DNA of 62,965 nt, counting the filler, from Octopus bimaculoides (Eukaryota), in NCBI RefSeq assembly GCF_001194135.2. It is 5 parts of 5 records of this genome, joined end to end, with 100 filler letters (N's around TTAATTAATTAA, not from the genome) between each part and the next. Parts side by side here need not be neighbours in the genome. Positions count along the whole stretch, not along the records: positions 1 to 29,681 come from NC_068984.1; 4 more parts are not named here. One strand, given 5' to 3'. Position 1 is the first letter of the stretch. Every line of letters starts with the position of its first letter. Position numbers and translations under genes: made by a program. Under the pieces are notes generated by a model. That model did no database searches. It was given only the letters and a program-made list of their open reading frames with translations, and was not told the origin of the DNA. Positions 1 through 12,582 of this stretch are shown piece after piece.

Positions 1-5
1 ATATA

Positions 6-38
6 TACTAGCAGCTAAGCTCGGTTTCACCCGGTCGG
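6..38 (+). mobile_element. Possible 5' end of a non-autonomous Helitron-like element
   Basis: TACTAGCAG followed by a short imperfect CCCGG-type inverted repeat (gctcggtttcacccggtcgg), resembling Helitron/Helentron-type MITE starts. No 3' end or Rep/Hel coding found. Confidence 0.3.
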
Positions 39-1166
39 TTTAGATGATGTGGCTGTAAACCTGCTCTGTGTAAGCATTCGACTTGTTTGGGCACGCTTAC
101 GTTAAGAAACAATTTTAGAATGCCTTTTTTCTGTCAAAACACTAAAAATAACTGATCAACAACAAAAAAAAGAAGCAACCAGATTCAGCCAAATCAAAAA
201 ATAAACCCAAAATACTAAGCGAACAAAGATGAACCATCCCACACACAGATTCACATACTCTCCCTTTTACATACACATATATTCACACAGAGTTGAAATG
301 CTGTTTGATTTATTTTTCAGCGTACAGTTTTCATCATCTCACTACCAAGTATGACATCACCCCTTTCTTATTCATCTATCAACTCTTCCTTTCTCATTCA
401 TAAACACAAGAGTAATATTATAGTAGATTATCTCGGTAACCATGGGAGCTATGAAAAAATACAAAGCCCAGCAACACCACCGGATCATTCTACACATCTG
501 AGTAATTTTTCGCGCAATTCCACCNNNNNNNNNNNNNNNNNNNNNNNNNNNNNNNNNNNNNNNNNNNNNNNNNNNNNNNNNNNNNNNNNNNNNNNNNNNN
601 NNNNNNNNNNNNNNNNNNNNNNNNNNNNNNNNNNNNNNNNNNNNNNNNNNNNNNNNNNNNNNNNNNNNNNNNNNNNNNNNNNNNNNNNNNNNNNNNNNNN
701 NNNNNNNNNNNNNNNNNNNNNATATATATATATATATATATATAACTTTGTATGCGTGTATGTAAATATTATATGTATCTGAGAGGAAGAGGGTAGAATG
801 ATACATGGGGTTTTGGGGTTTGTGTTCTGAGCGCGCGCACGTGTGTATATCAATCAATCAAGCAATCAATAAAAAGGAGGAAAAATAATGTATTTTATAC
901 AAATATGTCTGCTCGAAAGAGTTGGGAACAATGAAAATGTCAGAAAGTGATCGGCCCCTAAGCGCTTTAAAAAAAAGATCATTCTATTTTATATTTCTCT
1001 CTGCTACAAGAAATAAACAGCAGCAATAATTAATCATCCATGTTCGAATAACAAATACAACCACGACAACCACAGCAACAACAACAACAGCAACAAAAAA
1101 CTACTACTTCTCTCTCATCTCATAGTGAGCTTTATTCACACTAACTTTCCATTCCTTCTTCTAATA

Positions 1167-1540
1167 CAGTGCTTCTCAAATGTTTTTATAACTGTCTCTC
1201 GTATACTCTTACCAACGCTTCTTCAATGACCCATTGCAGCGATTCAGTGCTCACGTTTTTAACGTATGCAGACGTAATATCAGGCTAAAATAATTTAGTT
1301 CCAGGTTCTAGTTTGACGTGGTTGACTGCTAATCACTGCTTCTCTTTACTGTAAGCGAATATTTCACGTGTCACCGCTTGACTCTGGTTATTGACCCAAC
1401 CTTTTGGCACGTGGCTTCGGCCAGACTCAGGTGAGTATTATTTGTGCTTCATATGTACCACACTAGCCTATTTTTTCCTCAATGACCATATATAATATTC
1501 CCCCAGAGGGCAATACCACAGCCCAATTTGAGAAGCACTG
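1167..1540. mobile_element. hAT (Charlie/Buster-type) MITE
   Basis: Perfect 14-bp TIRs CAGTGCTTCTCAAA (1167-1180) and TTTGAGAAGCACTG (1527-1540). Degenerate 8-bp flanks ttctaata/tcttacta, both with central TA. Confidence 0.8.
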
Positions 1541-1543
1541 TCT

Positions 1544-1650
1544 TACTACTACTACTACTACTATTACTACTGTGAATACTACTGCTGCTAGTGATGCTGC
1601 GGATGTTGCTGCTACTATTACTACTACTGCTGCTACTATTACTACGCCTA
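1544..1650. repeat. (ACT/GCT)n compound microsatellite
   Basis: Direct reading; explains the T/A-rich ORF 1482-1826. Confidence 0.9.
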
Positions 1651-2609
1651 CTATGATCTTACAGTTACTTTTGTTATTTTTTGGTCATTCTTGTTCTTGT
1701 GTAACCCCCTTTTATATGGAGCAGAAGGTACCTCCTGCAGCTTGGTTTAACAGCACTATCTGGCGCTTGGGTGCCTGTAGTAGAGTTTATTTTGTTCCAA
1801 GCATTCAGACCAGGCCTCCTGCCTAAGAGCTTTGTGTCCTATTCACGCACCATGATGTCAAAAAAAAATTTTTAAACTAGATGCAAAATCCCTAACCAAT
1901 TCTCCCTTCCCTTCTTAAACAGCCAAAGACTTCTCTCCTACCTAGATTCCACATTACCTCTTATATGCAAACCAAATATCCTATTTCTCTCTGAGACAAG
2001 AGACTGTCTACAATCCACCTTTGCCACTCAGAATACACTCTTTACTCAAAATGCACCACCAAAAGGTAGTGTCTGTACATATGTAGTCTCAACCCTCTCT
2101 CTCCCCTTTCCCCTCTCTTTCGTTCTCTNNNNNNNNNNNNNNNNNNNNNNNNNNNNNNNNNNNNNNNNNNNNNNNNNNNNNNNNNNNNNNNNNNNNNNNN
2201 NNNNNNNNNNNNNNNNNNNNNNNNNNNNNNNNNNNNNNNNNNNNNNNNNNNNNNNNNNNNNNNNNNNNNNNNNNNNNNNNNNNNNNNNNNNNNNNNNNNN
2301 NNNNNNNNNNNNNNNNNNNNNNNNNNNNNNNNNNNNNNNNNNNNNNNNNNNNNNNNNNNNNNNNNNNNNNNNNNNNNNNNNNNNNNNNNNNNNNNNNNNN
2401 NNNNNNNNNNNNNNNNNNNNNNNNNNNNNNNNNNNNNNNNNNNNNNNNNNNNNNNNNNNNNNNNNNNNNNNNNNNNNNNNNNNNNNNNNNNNNNNNNNNN
2501 NNNNNNNNNNNNNNNNNNNNNNNNNNNNNNNNNNNNNNNNNNNNNNNNNNNNNNNNNNNNNNNNNNNNNNNNNNNNNNNNNNNNNNNNNNNNNNNNNNNN
2601 NNNNNNNNN

Positions 2610-2675
<66 letters not shown>

Positions 2676-3128
2676 ATCATAAGAAAAGAGAAAATCACAT
2701 CTTTAATTGGTGATTACACCATCCAAACCGACGATCGTTTCTGATGTATCAACATATTTGGATACAGAAAATATCAGTCAAATTAATACGTTAACACACC
2801 ACTATCAAGGCAATCCAAAATTAGTTAAATTCAAAGTCAACTAAGAAAATATTTCCAATAGACGTCTAGTAAACGAACGCATACAAAAATGACGTTAAGA
2901 AGGAATATAATATACTTATAAAAGTTAGTTTAGTATTTAAATTTTGATGACGTTAGTGGATAACGAAAGAATAAAAAATATACACATGAATTCTTCAGTA
3001 TGGCAATTAGAATATATAGAGATTCTACGTCACAGCAATTAGTTATCTATCTATTGAATATGCTAGACATTTTTAGAAGAATTATGCATATTATATCATA
3101 TGAAAAGCAATTATAATTAATAGGTTAT

Positions 3129-3535
3129 TTAGAATTGAAATACTTTTCTATATTTATGAGAACATTTTAATGTAAAATTACCCTTATAATCTAATAATAT
3201 TAATTCAGAAGTAATTATATAATACATTTCCTCAAGGCAAAATTTACATTTAGAATTACTAGTATTGTACGATGGTGCATAACTAATAAAGGACCATTTT
3301 AAATCATACTTATCTTTTAAATCCCGAATGCATTTATCAACTTTCATAGAATTACCTTTTCTTCTATACTCAAATGAATAAGAATGATCATGAAATCTAG
3401 ATTTTCATATTCTAACAGACGAACCTATGCAATAACTCTTACGATCTGTTATTACCTTACATTGATACATTATATTCTTCCTTAAACGCTGATTTTCTAA
3501 AGGACAGGTAATTTTGTTTTTACTATTACACAGGC
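3129..3535 (-). pseudogene. Decayed Penelope-like element, GIY-YIG endonuclease C-terminal part
   Basis: Minus-strand translation CLCNSKNKITCPLENQRLRKNIMYQCKV..YCIGSS..*KSRFHDH..LKWSFISYAPSYNTSNSKCKFCLEEMYYI..KCSHK matches the Cys-rich linker plus GIY-YIG pattern of Penelope-like elements. In-frame stop. Confidence 0.75.
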
Positions 3536-3699
3536 ATTTATTCACTTGTATGTGATATTCATGGTTAAAAGAATTAGTACTAATCCTAAAAAAACTAGTT
3601 CTGAAAATTTATCATTAGAGTTAATTCTACAATTCACAATATCGATTCCCGGAAATGATAGAATATTAAATATGATGAAAATAGTGAGAGTATCTGTTG

Positions 3700-3845
3700 G
3701 GGAAGACATGATTTGGCATGCAAATGGTTCCGGGTTCAGTCCCACTGCATGGCACCTTGGGCAAGTGTCTTCTGCTAAAGCCTCGGGCCTTGTGAGTGGA
3801 TTTGGTAGACAGAAACTGAAATAAGCCCGTCGTATATATATATAT
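3700..3845 (+). mobile_element. tRNA-derived SINE family A, head half
   Basis: ggttccgggttcagtcccactgc (B-box-like) then ccttgggcaagtgtcttc (CORE-like); many similar copies in the window. Its tail half is at about 4280-4492. Confidence 0.85.
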
Positions 3846-4279
3846 ATAGGTAGGCAAAGTAGGCAGTGCCTACCTTGGATAAAATAGATCGACAGCAACA
3901 TTTTTCTTTCGTGGCAAAATATGCACCTAATTCAATAAAATCATAAAGGTTACTCTGATTACTTTGTATGAAATGCAAAATATATATTTTTCTTATAGAT
4001 TAGGTAGGCATAATTCGTCCCTGCTTTTCAATCTTAGTATTTAAGCTACGCATAATACTGCTGTAGAACACGTGCCGCGTACATTCTTCCAACAATGTTT
4101 TCTTTGCGTGCTATAAAGGTAGGAGTAAATCTGCCTACAACTCAGTCGCACGCCTGTTTCGCTTATTTTTTCTATGTGTTTTACTACATAAAGGTCACCA
4201 ATTGCCTACCCTTGGTAATTACTGACGGCACGTACCAAGTATGTATGTATGTATGTATGTATGTATGTATGTTTGTATG

Positions 4280-4492
4280 TATGTATGTATTTGTGTGTCT
4301 GTGTTTGTCCCCCGCCATCGCTTGAGAACCAATGTTGGTGTGTTAACGTCCCCATAACCTAGCGGTTCGGCAAAAGAGACCGATAGAATAAGTACTAGGC
4401 TTACAAAGAATACGTTTTGGTGTCGATTTGTTCGACTAAAGGCGGTGCTTCATCATGGTCGCAGTCAAATGACTGAAACAAGTAAAAGAATA
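4280..4492 (+). mobile_element. SINE family A, tail half
   Basis: gtttgtccccc..gatagaataagtactaggcttac..cagtcaaatgactgaaacaagtaaaag, matching the full copy at 45314-45718. Confidence 0.85.
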
Positions 4493-5476
4493 AACGAATA
4501 TATATGGATACACACACACACACACACACTCGCACATGCGCACACGCATAAATATATAAAATAGACGAGTAGTATATCCTTGGGTATGGTATATAACTGG
4601 AGTCAGAAAGTAAGACGTGAAACTAATGGCAACTTTCTGACAGGTTATATGCCAAAACCAAGGGTAAACTACTCGGCTACATAAAATATAACTGCTCAAA
4701 ATTGCTTTTNNNNNNNNNNNNNNNNNNNNNNNNNNNNNNNNNNNNNNNNNNNNNNNNNNNNNNNNNNNNNNNNNNNNNNNNNNNNNNNNNNNNNNNNNNN
4801 NNNNNNNNNNNNNNNNNNNNNNNNNNNNNNNNNNNNNNNNNNNNNNNNNNNNNNNNNNNNNNNNNNNNNNNNNNNNNNNNNNNNNNNNNNNNNNNNNNNN
4901 NNNNNNNNNNNNNNNNNNNNNNNNNNNNNNNNNNNNNNNNNNNNNNNNNNNNNNNNNNNNNNNNATATAACGCGCTTTCGTACGGTTTCAGCCAATCAAA
5001 TTTACTTGCAAAATACGGATAGGTCGCGCTAAGGGACTAAACCCGAAACCTTATGATTGTGAAGCGAGCTTCTTAATTAGATGTGGCTGGGGGCGAGCGT
5101 GTGAGTGGGTTGGTGCTTGTGTGTTTTTGTGTGCGTATGTGCACGCGCTTGCGTGTGTGTGTGTGTGGGGGTGGGTGGGTGTACAGAGTAAAAAAGAGAG
5201 AAGTTATATGACTAATTACAGAAACTTACATATACTCGTGTGTACTATAAGCTTACTGAACTTGTCTCAGTAAGCTGATCATTAGCACACGTCCAGAGGA
5301 AATACATGACAACCAAATTAATTTTCCTATTGGTTCTGGTGCTGCTAATAGTCAGGTGGTAGTGCCAGCTGGGTTGACTATAATGGAAAAAAAGAATAAA
5401 ATATATAGCTGTTCATTTATCAATCTTGAACATCTGTTGTTTCATATTCCACCGATATGAATTTTCTTTACAATAT

Positions 5477-6349
5477 ATATGGTGTTCGAGCTAAATTTGA
5501 GGATGTTTTAATGTCTCTTTTTTCAGGAACAGCTTGATGTATTGTTGAACAGTCAACGGTGTCGGAGAGCATAAAGATTAAAGATTTAGTTGAGAAAAAG
5601 TTAGGTGACATGGAAAAGAATTACCTGTATCATGATAATTCGTGCCAGCTATTAAAATTCCGACATCATGGCTGCTGCTCATTGCAGGGTGAACACTGTA
5701 AAAGCTGTAAGACGTGACATGGACAGCTACAATGGAAACGATGAATCGTGGCCAGCAGGAAGGGACACAATACGGGTTCTGATTGCGTCTGCACGCCCAA
5801 GTTCACTCTCACGTCTTTGAACAGGACCTTAGGCTGCATTCTGGTAGCTATGTGAAGTTGTTGAAGACTGTGGTCAAACCCAGGTTAAAGAGAGTTCCTG
5901 CTGGAAGGCCACATGTGTGACAGCTGTATTCAGTTCCTTGGCATACCTTCGGAAAGAGTCAGAAATGGTTGTCGGAGAAATTCTACGACTTCACCAGCCC
6001 CAATTTCTGGCTTTCTATTCACCCCGATTGTTACCTTATGGATTACTATGTGTAAGGTACAGTTGAGAAAGACACAAACCGCCCTGCTTGCAACACCAAG
6101 GCCGAGTTAGTGGCCAAGATCAAGGTGGTGTTCGAAGATCTTCCCAGAGACACAGTGAGGAACAAATGCGCAAGGTTCCGGTGCCGTTTTGAGGTCTTAG
6201 AGAGCAGCTACATTGAGTAAACTGTTATCTCCCAACAACAATCTAGGTGATAATTGTTGATTTTTTTTCATACTTTTATTTTAAGATAGGATACCGTGTT
6301 TTGGTTTTCCTTATATGCAAGCTGTCAAATTTATCTCGAACACCCAGTA
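5477..6349 (+). mobile_element. Tc1/mariner DD37D (maT-type) deletion derivative
   Basis: TIR ggtgttcgagctaaatttga (5481-5500) against tcaaatttatctcgaacacc (6325-6344), with TA-rich flanks. Contains a transposase remnant. Confidence 0.8.
5900..6220 (+). pseudogene. maT (DD37D) transposase C-terminal remnant
   Basis: AGRPHV*QLYSVPWHTFGKSQKWLSEKFYDFTSPNFWLSIHPDCYLMDYYV*GTVEKDTN..SYIE*. This is a degenerate WQQDSAP...WPPNSPDxNPxD with 37 residues between the catalytic positions; internal stops. Confidence 0.8.
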
Positions 6350-6643
6350 TATCAACCATGCTCTCTCAATTGATTTGTTGTGAGAGTTTACGCCTCTTAC
6401 TTTAATATCTTCATGTTCCAACATTAAGCCTCACTCTGTTTTACCCTATACTATAAAGTTTAACTGAATGAGTAATGTTAGTCTTTATGAATGTCGGAAC
6501 ATAAATGAGCTAAGATAAAGAAAGGACTATGTATATAACATAAATTAGATGAAGTGTGCAAGACTGCACTTGTATGAATGTGCCATGTGTATGGAGGATG
6601 ACATTTTGTGGTTGGATCTTGTGGAAAAAGAAGAGAGAGAGGA

Positions 6644-6681
<38 letters not shown>

Positions 6682-8126
6682 TTCGTAATTGTACAAAAAA
6701 CACCCCCAAAACAAAGGGCAGAGAGAGATGAGTGAACAAAAATTGGAGTTGACGTTTCGAGCCTATGCTATTCTAAACAAAGGACTGAAGGGAGAAAACA
6801 GATGGAGAGACAGAAGGAAAAGCGAAGAAAGAAAAACATGTATCTGGATTAACGGCTGCACATGTTGAATTGACCGGAAGGAAGTGGTTGGAGACAAGAA
6901 TGCTAAGGGAACAGCAGTAAGATGGCTGAAGTGTGTGTGCGCAAGCATGTGTGTGCATGTGAGAATAACGTGAGCGTGTCTATGTGTATGTATATGTATG
7001 TATGAGGTTTTGTCTATATATATGTACTTCCACCTTCACATAAACATGTATTTACGCGCACGCACTCACACATACACACACACGTCGATATGCGTACATA
7101 CATGTATGCATGTATGTATATATGTATATATATATATATATATNNNNNNNNNNNNNNNNNNNNNNNNNNNNNNNNNNNNNNNNNNNNNNNNNNNNNNNNN
7201 NNNNNNNNNNNNNNNNNNNNNNNNNNNNNNNNNNNNNNNNNNNNNNNNNNNNNNNNNNNNNNNNNNNNNNNNNNNNNNNNNNNNNNNNNNNNNNNNNNNN
7301 NNNNNNNNNNNNNNNNNNNNNNNNNNNNNNNTATATATACACACACACACACATAACACGACAGCGCAAGCAGACACATCCACACCTTCTCTTTCTTAAC
7401 TCCTTACTGAGATATAAATATAGATACAGAGAAATAAAAATAAAGGGAGATAACGTTATACTGTTTGAAGAATTCAATAATTAACATTTGCTTTGAATTC
7501 ATTCTAAACAAATATAAGCTTTCACAGTCACACGTGGATGATATTTCAGTGTCTTACTAATTGAATATTATAATCATTGCTTATTCAATTCATTTATTCA
7601 TTGTCGGCCAATAGGACACTTAATATAATTTACAAATGGATTAAACTGACAAGTGTTCCATAAATCTGTGTGTCTTCCCAAACAATGAATAACTTGCATG
7701 CAGTCTGATTGGATGACTTCATGAAAACACTGTATAGCCGAACAAGATAACTACATAAACTAGAAAGACGGCCCAAATCGGTTTTTCATTGATTTCTGCT
7801 GTCAAAGATGTTTGGTTGCTAAAGAATTCGTACATATGCGCACGCGCGCGTGTGTGTGTTGTTTGCATGTAATGCAATGGATACATACCTACAGGCTTGC
7901 TTGCACGCACACATAAACTCATTCAGACACATACAAATTTTGTTTTGTTGTCATTGTTTCAAGTCAAACCAGCTTTCTTTGAAGATAGCTATGATCCTGC
8001 ATTTATTTTTTCAGGAAAAATGCATCTACACTTGCAATATCTATTAGAAATCCAGTCCTACATTACAGGACAAGATTTGAAGGATACTGACAACTATTTT
8101 TATATTAGATCAGTTTGTTCGTTAAT

Positions 8127-8297
8127 AGGAGTAGCTTTGTGGTAAGTAGCTTGCTTACCAACCACATGGTTCCGGGTTCAGTCCCACTGCGTGACGCCTT
8201 GGGCAAGTGTCTTCTACTATAGCCTCGGGCCGACCAAAGCCTTGTGAGTGGATTTTGTAGACGGAAACTGAAAGAAGCCCGTCGTATATATATATAT
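8127..8297 (+). mobile_element. SINE family A head (runs into gap)
   Basis: aggagtagctttgtggtaagtagcttgcttaccaaccacatggttccgggttcagtcccactgc..gaagcccgtcg(ta)n. Confidence 0.9.
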
Positions 8298-9399
8298 NNN
8301 NNNNNNNNNNNNNNNNNNNNNNNNNNNNNNNNNNNNNNNNNNNNNNNNNNNNNNNNNNNNNNNNNNNNNNNNNNNNNNNNNNNNNNNNNNNNNNNNNNNN
8401 NNNNNNNNNNNNNNNNNNNNNNNNNNNNNNNNNNNNNNNNNNNNNNNNNNNNNNNNNNNNNNNNNNNNNNNNNNNNNNNNNNNNNNNNNNNNNNNNNNNN
8501 NNNNNNNNNNNNNNNNNNNNNNNNNNNNNNNNNNNNNNNNNNNNNNNNNNNNNNNNNNNNNNNNNNNNNNNNNNNNNNNNNNNNNNNNNNNNNNNNNNNN
8601 NNNNNNNNNNNNNNNNNNNNNNNNNNNNNNNNNNNNNNNNNNNNNNNNNNNNNNNNNNNNNNNNNNNNNNNNNNNNNNNNNNNNNNNNNNNNNNNNNNNN
8701 NNNNNNNNNNNNNNNNNNNNNNNNNNNNNNNNNNNNNNNNNNNNNNNNNNNNNNNNNNNNNNNNNNNNNNNNNNNNNNNNNNNNNNNNNNNNNNNNNNNN
8801 NNNNNNNNNNNNNNNNNNNNNNNNNNNNNNNNNNNNNNNNNNNNNNNNNNNNNNNNNNNNNNNNNNNNNNNNNNNNNNNNNNNNNNNNNNNNNNNNNNNN
8901 NNNNNNNNNNNNNNNNNNNNNNNNNNNNNNNNNNNNNNNNNNNNNNNNNNNNNNNNNNNNNNNNNNNNNNNNNNNNNNNNNNNNNNNNNNNNNNNNNNNN
9001 NNNNNNNNNNNNNNNNNNNNNNNNNNNNNNNNNNNNNNNNNNNNNNNNNNNNNNNNNNNNNNNNNNNNNNNNNNNNNNNNNNNNNNNNNNNNNNNNNNNN
9101 NNNNNNNNNNNNNNNNNNNNNNNNNNNNNNNNNNNNNNNNNNNNNNNNNNNNNNNNNNNNNNNNNNNNNNNNNNNNNNNNNNNNNGAATATAAAGGATGA
9201 AACCCTTGGAACATTTCTATTCTAATAAAGATGTGGTTCATCTCTGTAAATCCCTCTCTTTTTTGTATTTGCAGAATTGTTGTCCATTTATTCTTTATAT
9301 GTTTGACACCCCTGCTTATAATTGGTGCTTCCTTACACGAGGCAAATATTTCGAAAATCCATTGGTAGAGAACACTATAAAAACCCTTCTGATAGCCTA

Positions 9400-10565
9400 A
9401 CCATATCTTACTCAGAATATAATTCTGGCAATGGTCGGGCTTTGGTCCATTTAGACCAATCCAAAGCATTCGATAGGGTTGGCCATCGCTACCTGGTGTC
9501 CATTCTCGCACAGTTCGGGCTGGGTCTTGGCTTCCTCAGGTGGATTATACAGTTATATGACAACATCGACTCGATCGTTCGGGTGAACGGCTTTCTTACT
9601 AAGCCGTTCTGTATCAAACGTTCGGTTCGCCAAGGATGTCCGCTCTCACCGCTTTTGTATGTGATGGCTATGGAGCCGTTACTGCGAAAGCTGAGTGGCA
9701 TCCCGACGAATCCAGGAGGTGGAGGATTGGTTTCAGCATGTGCGAACGACTTCACCATCATTGTGACCAAGATGGAACACCTACAGAGGGTAGACAGTAT
9801 GTTCCAAAGGACATTCGGGCTGGGGACTTTGGATAACTTCCAAAAATCTCTAGCCTGGCAATGTTACCGAGGAGCCTTACCCGTTCGAGATAAGCTCACC
9901 AGACACGGCCAGCCTGGTCCATCGGCCTGGACAGGATGTGAGCAGGATAGGGAAACCGTCTTGCAAGCTATTGTTCAGTATCCGGAAGTGTCAGAAGTGT
10001 GGACTTATGCGGAAAACCTGTTGTCAGATACAAGAAGAGTACAGCTGTCGTCTGAGTCTATTTTAAAAATTGACCCGCCGGATTTCCTCACGAAAGAAGG
10101 TAAGAATTGCTTTCTCGCAGTAGTAGCAATTGCGAAAGAGACGATATGGAAGACGAGAATGAAAGGAATGGCGATAGGCAACTTCATCTCCGGTCTCGAG
10201 TTGGTGAGATTCTTTACCTTTCACCTAAAAGTGAGGCTGAAGAAAGATGCCTGTCGGAGAGGATGTCTAAAGACAGATGGATGCATGTAGCGAGAATGCT
10301 GGGTGTGAAAGACTCCTCGTGAACGTGGCATAAGGCTGAACAAAAAGGTACCGTAGCAGAACAGGGCTCGTGGGGTCGGAGCATAACCTGTTTTTCTATC
10401 TCATTGTGCATGTGTAATTTTGTCTTTTGTATTGTATTTCATCCGACTGTAATTCATTCGATTTTATTGTAAACGTTTATAAATTTTTATTATCATTTGT
10501 GCGTCTAACCCCAATCAGGCTGTGCTGTCCTCTTTATGTTGGCCCCCAGTGGGCAATAAAGAAAC
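9400..10565 (+). mobile_element. 5'-truncated, internally deleted L1/Tx1-clade LINE (RT plus zf-RVT, 3' UTR and tail)
   Basis: LDQSKAFDRVGHRYL, SVRQGCPLSPLLY and degenerate YADD (CAND), then NFQKSLAW..RGALPVRDKL. Ends gggcAATAAAGAAAC. Confidence 0.9.
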
Positions 10566-11009
10566 AAATTTTACTCAGAACATTATTTCTTCCTCTACAG
10601 TCTTCGGCTACAAATTTGTTGATCTTTACAGCCAGAAACTCTTCTGCTCCTATGAAAATGATTTTTTTCACATAGTTATTAATTGTCTGCGATATTATTA
10701 CATGGAAGTATCTTTAAGTCTTTGGCGCTAAAGTACATCTTACAAACCTTTGTCTCACTTTCCCTATCTCTCGTGTTTTCTGTATATATTTCTGCATTGA
10801 TACCGATATTTTTGCCTCTCACTTTATTCTTTCTCTCTTTCTCACCGTCTCTCTATCTTTTTTTCATTCATCATTATTAATACCAACATCACCAACAACG
10901 CCTTTACCACCATCACAATCATAAGAGTGTACTTATTCTCTTTTTTATAATTACTTCCCTTCGCCTTACGTAGCATGTAGGTAGGCACGTTCTAATATAT
11001 AGCTAGAAA

Positions 11010-11320
11010 GAAATTAGATAACATTATACGTAATGATATCAATGGTACCTGCCCTAGATATAGAAACAAAGGATGGAATAGAATACAAAGAACTTGTGAC
11101 AAAGAAAACAGGGTGAACACGTGGTATAAAACCGACAAATATCAAGGAGTGATGTTTGTAGAGGTCACAGCCCATGGAGAACTAGCTCGTAGATTTAGAA
11201 AAGCTCTGAAGGAGACCAAACTCAACATTAAGATTGTTGAAAAGCCAAGGAACTCCGTCAGATCACAACTATGTAGGACGTACTCCTTTGAAAATACCAT
11301 ATGCACCAACTTGACATCCG
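11010..11320 (+). pseudogene. Penelope-like element fragment (post-RT linker)
   Basis: KLDNIIRNDINGTCPRYRNKGWNR..NTWYKTDKYQGVMFVEVTAHGELARRFRKAL..IKIVEK resembles the region between RT and GIY-YIG in some Penelope-like lineages. Confidence 0.6.
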
Positions 11321-11567
11321 CATCTTATCCAAGCACCCAAAAGACCCAACACTCAGACAAATACGGGAGTACGTCCTTATAAATGAAACTTCCCCAATAC
11401 TAAATAGGAAATATACATAGCAGATATCATAACCCTATACCCACAGTTCACACAGGTAGAGTAGAATAGTTAGTGGGCTGTTATGTGGATAGATATATGT
11501 ATGTATGTGTGTGTAGGTGAGTGTATGTATGTATGTGTATATGCACATGTATGCAAGAATTTTTTTT

Positions 11568-12293
11568 CTTGTCTTTAACCCTCCAATGCGGAGTATAGGC
11601 CACTTATAATTGAATTCCATGTCGCATAATTTTTCGCTTCATCCGGATTCCACTGTAAAGCACTTTTCGCTACATTTGGTGTGTCCTTTCTAATTGTGCT
11701 ACCAATCCACTTCCACTTTTTCTTAAATATTTGCTCCCTAATCGAAACATTTGTTCTTTGCCATAGCTCCATATTGCTTATGTGTTCGGGACATCTAATT
11801 TTAAGTATACTACGTAAGCATCTGTTGATGAATGATTGTATTTGCTTATTTGACTAAACTGTTCTTCGCCATATCTCGGCCCCATACAATAGCACCGCTT
11901 TTACGTTAGTGTTAAAAATTCTTATTTTGTTCTTTATTGAAATTACACTTGCGATCCATATTTTTTTTAACATGTGAAAAGCGGTCCTTGCCTTACTTAT
12001 TCTCGTCCTAATATCTTCGTCGGTGCCGCCTGAGAACGTTATCTTACTACGTAAATACGTAAACTTGGTTACATCCTCTAGTCCACTGGTTTCTAGTTTA
12101 ATACGTTCGCTGTTTTCTTCATTAACGCGCATAATTTTTGATTTGTCGCGGTTGACTTTCAATCCTAGTTTGGCAGCTATTGCTTCTAATTTTGACGTTT
12201 TATTTTGCATTTGGCTATATGTTTGTGAAAGTGGTGCTATATCATCTGCGAAGTCGAGATCTTCTAGAGCTTCTGCATTCGTCCATTCAATGC
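11568..12293 (-). mobile_element. RTE-clade LINE fragment (RT C-terminal half)
   Basis: LEDLDFADDI..LGLKVNRDKSK..FTYL..DEDIRTRISKARTAFHML..VLLYGAEIW..KKKWKWIG..LQWNP. Confidence 0.9.
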
Positions 12294-12536
12294 AAGCATA
12301 TGGATATGAAAATAAACAGATCAACATACAGACGGATAGGTATATAGGTTATATGAACAGACAAGCACACATACGCAAATGGAGACTGAAACACATGACC
12401 ATGTATACACACACACTTTACTTCACACAAAGACACATATGGAGACACGTGTCCACACATATGGAGATGCACATCCGTACATACAAACACGGTACATAGT
12501 TGCAAAACGCATACACACACACACACACTCAGACAT

Positions 12537-12582
<46 letters not shown>

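Noticed and set aside
1482-1826. Thr/Ala-rich mucin-like ORF
   Set aside because: Spans a MITE end and an ACT/GCT microsatellite.
3846-4215. Insert splitting a SINE, with ggtaggcaa/ttgcctacc ends
   Set aside because: Probably an old hAT-like MITE, but the ends and TSD are too decayed to call.
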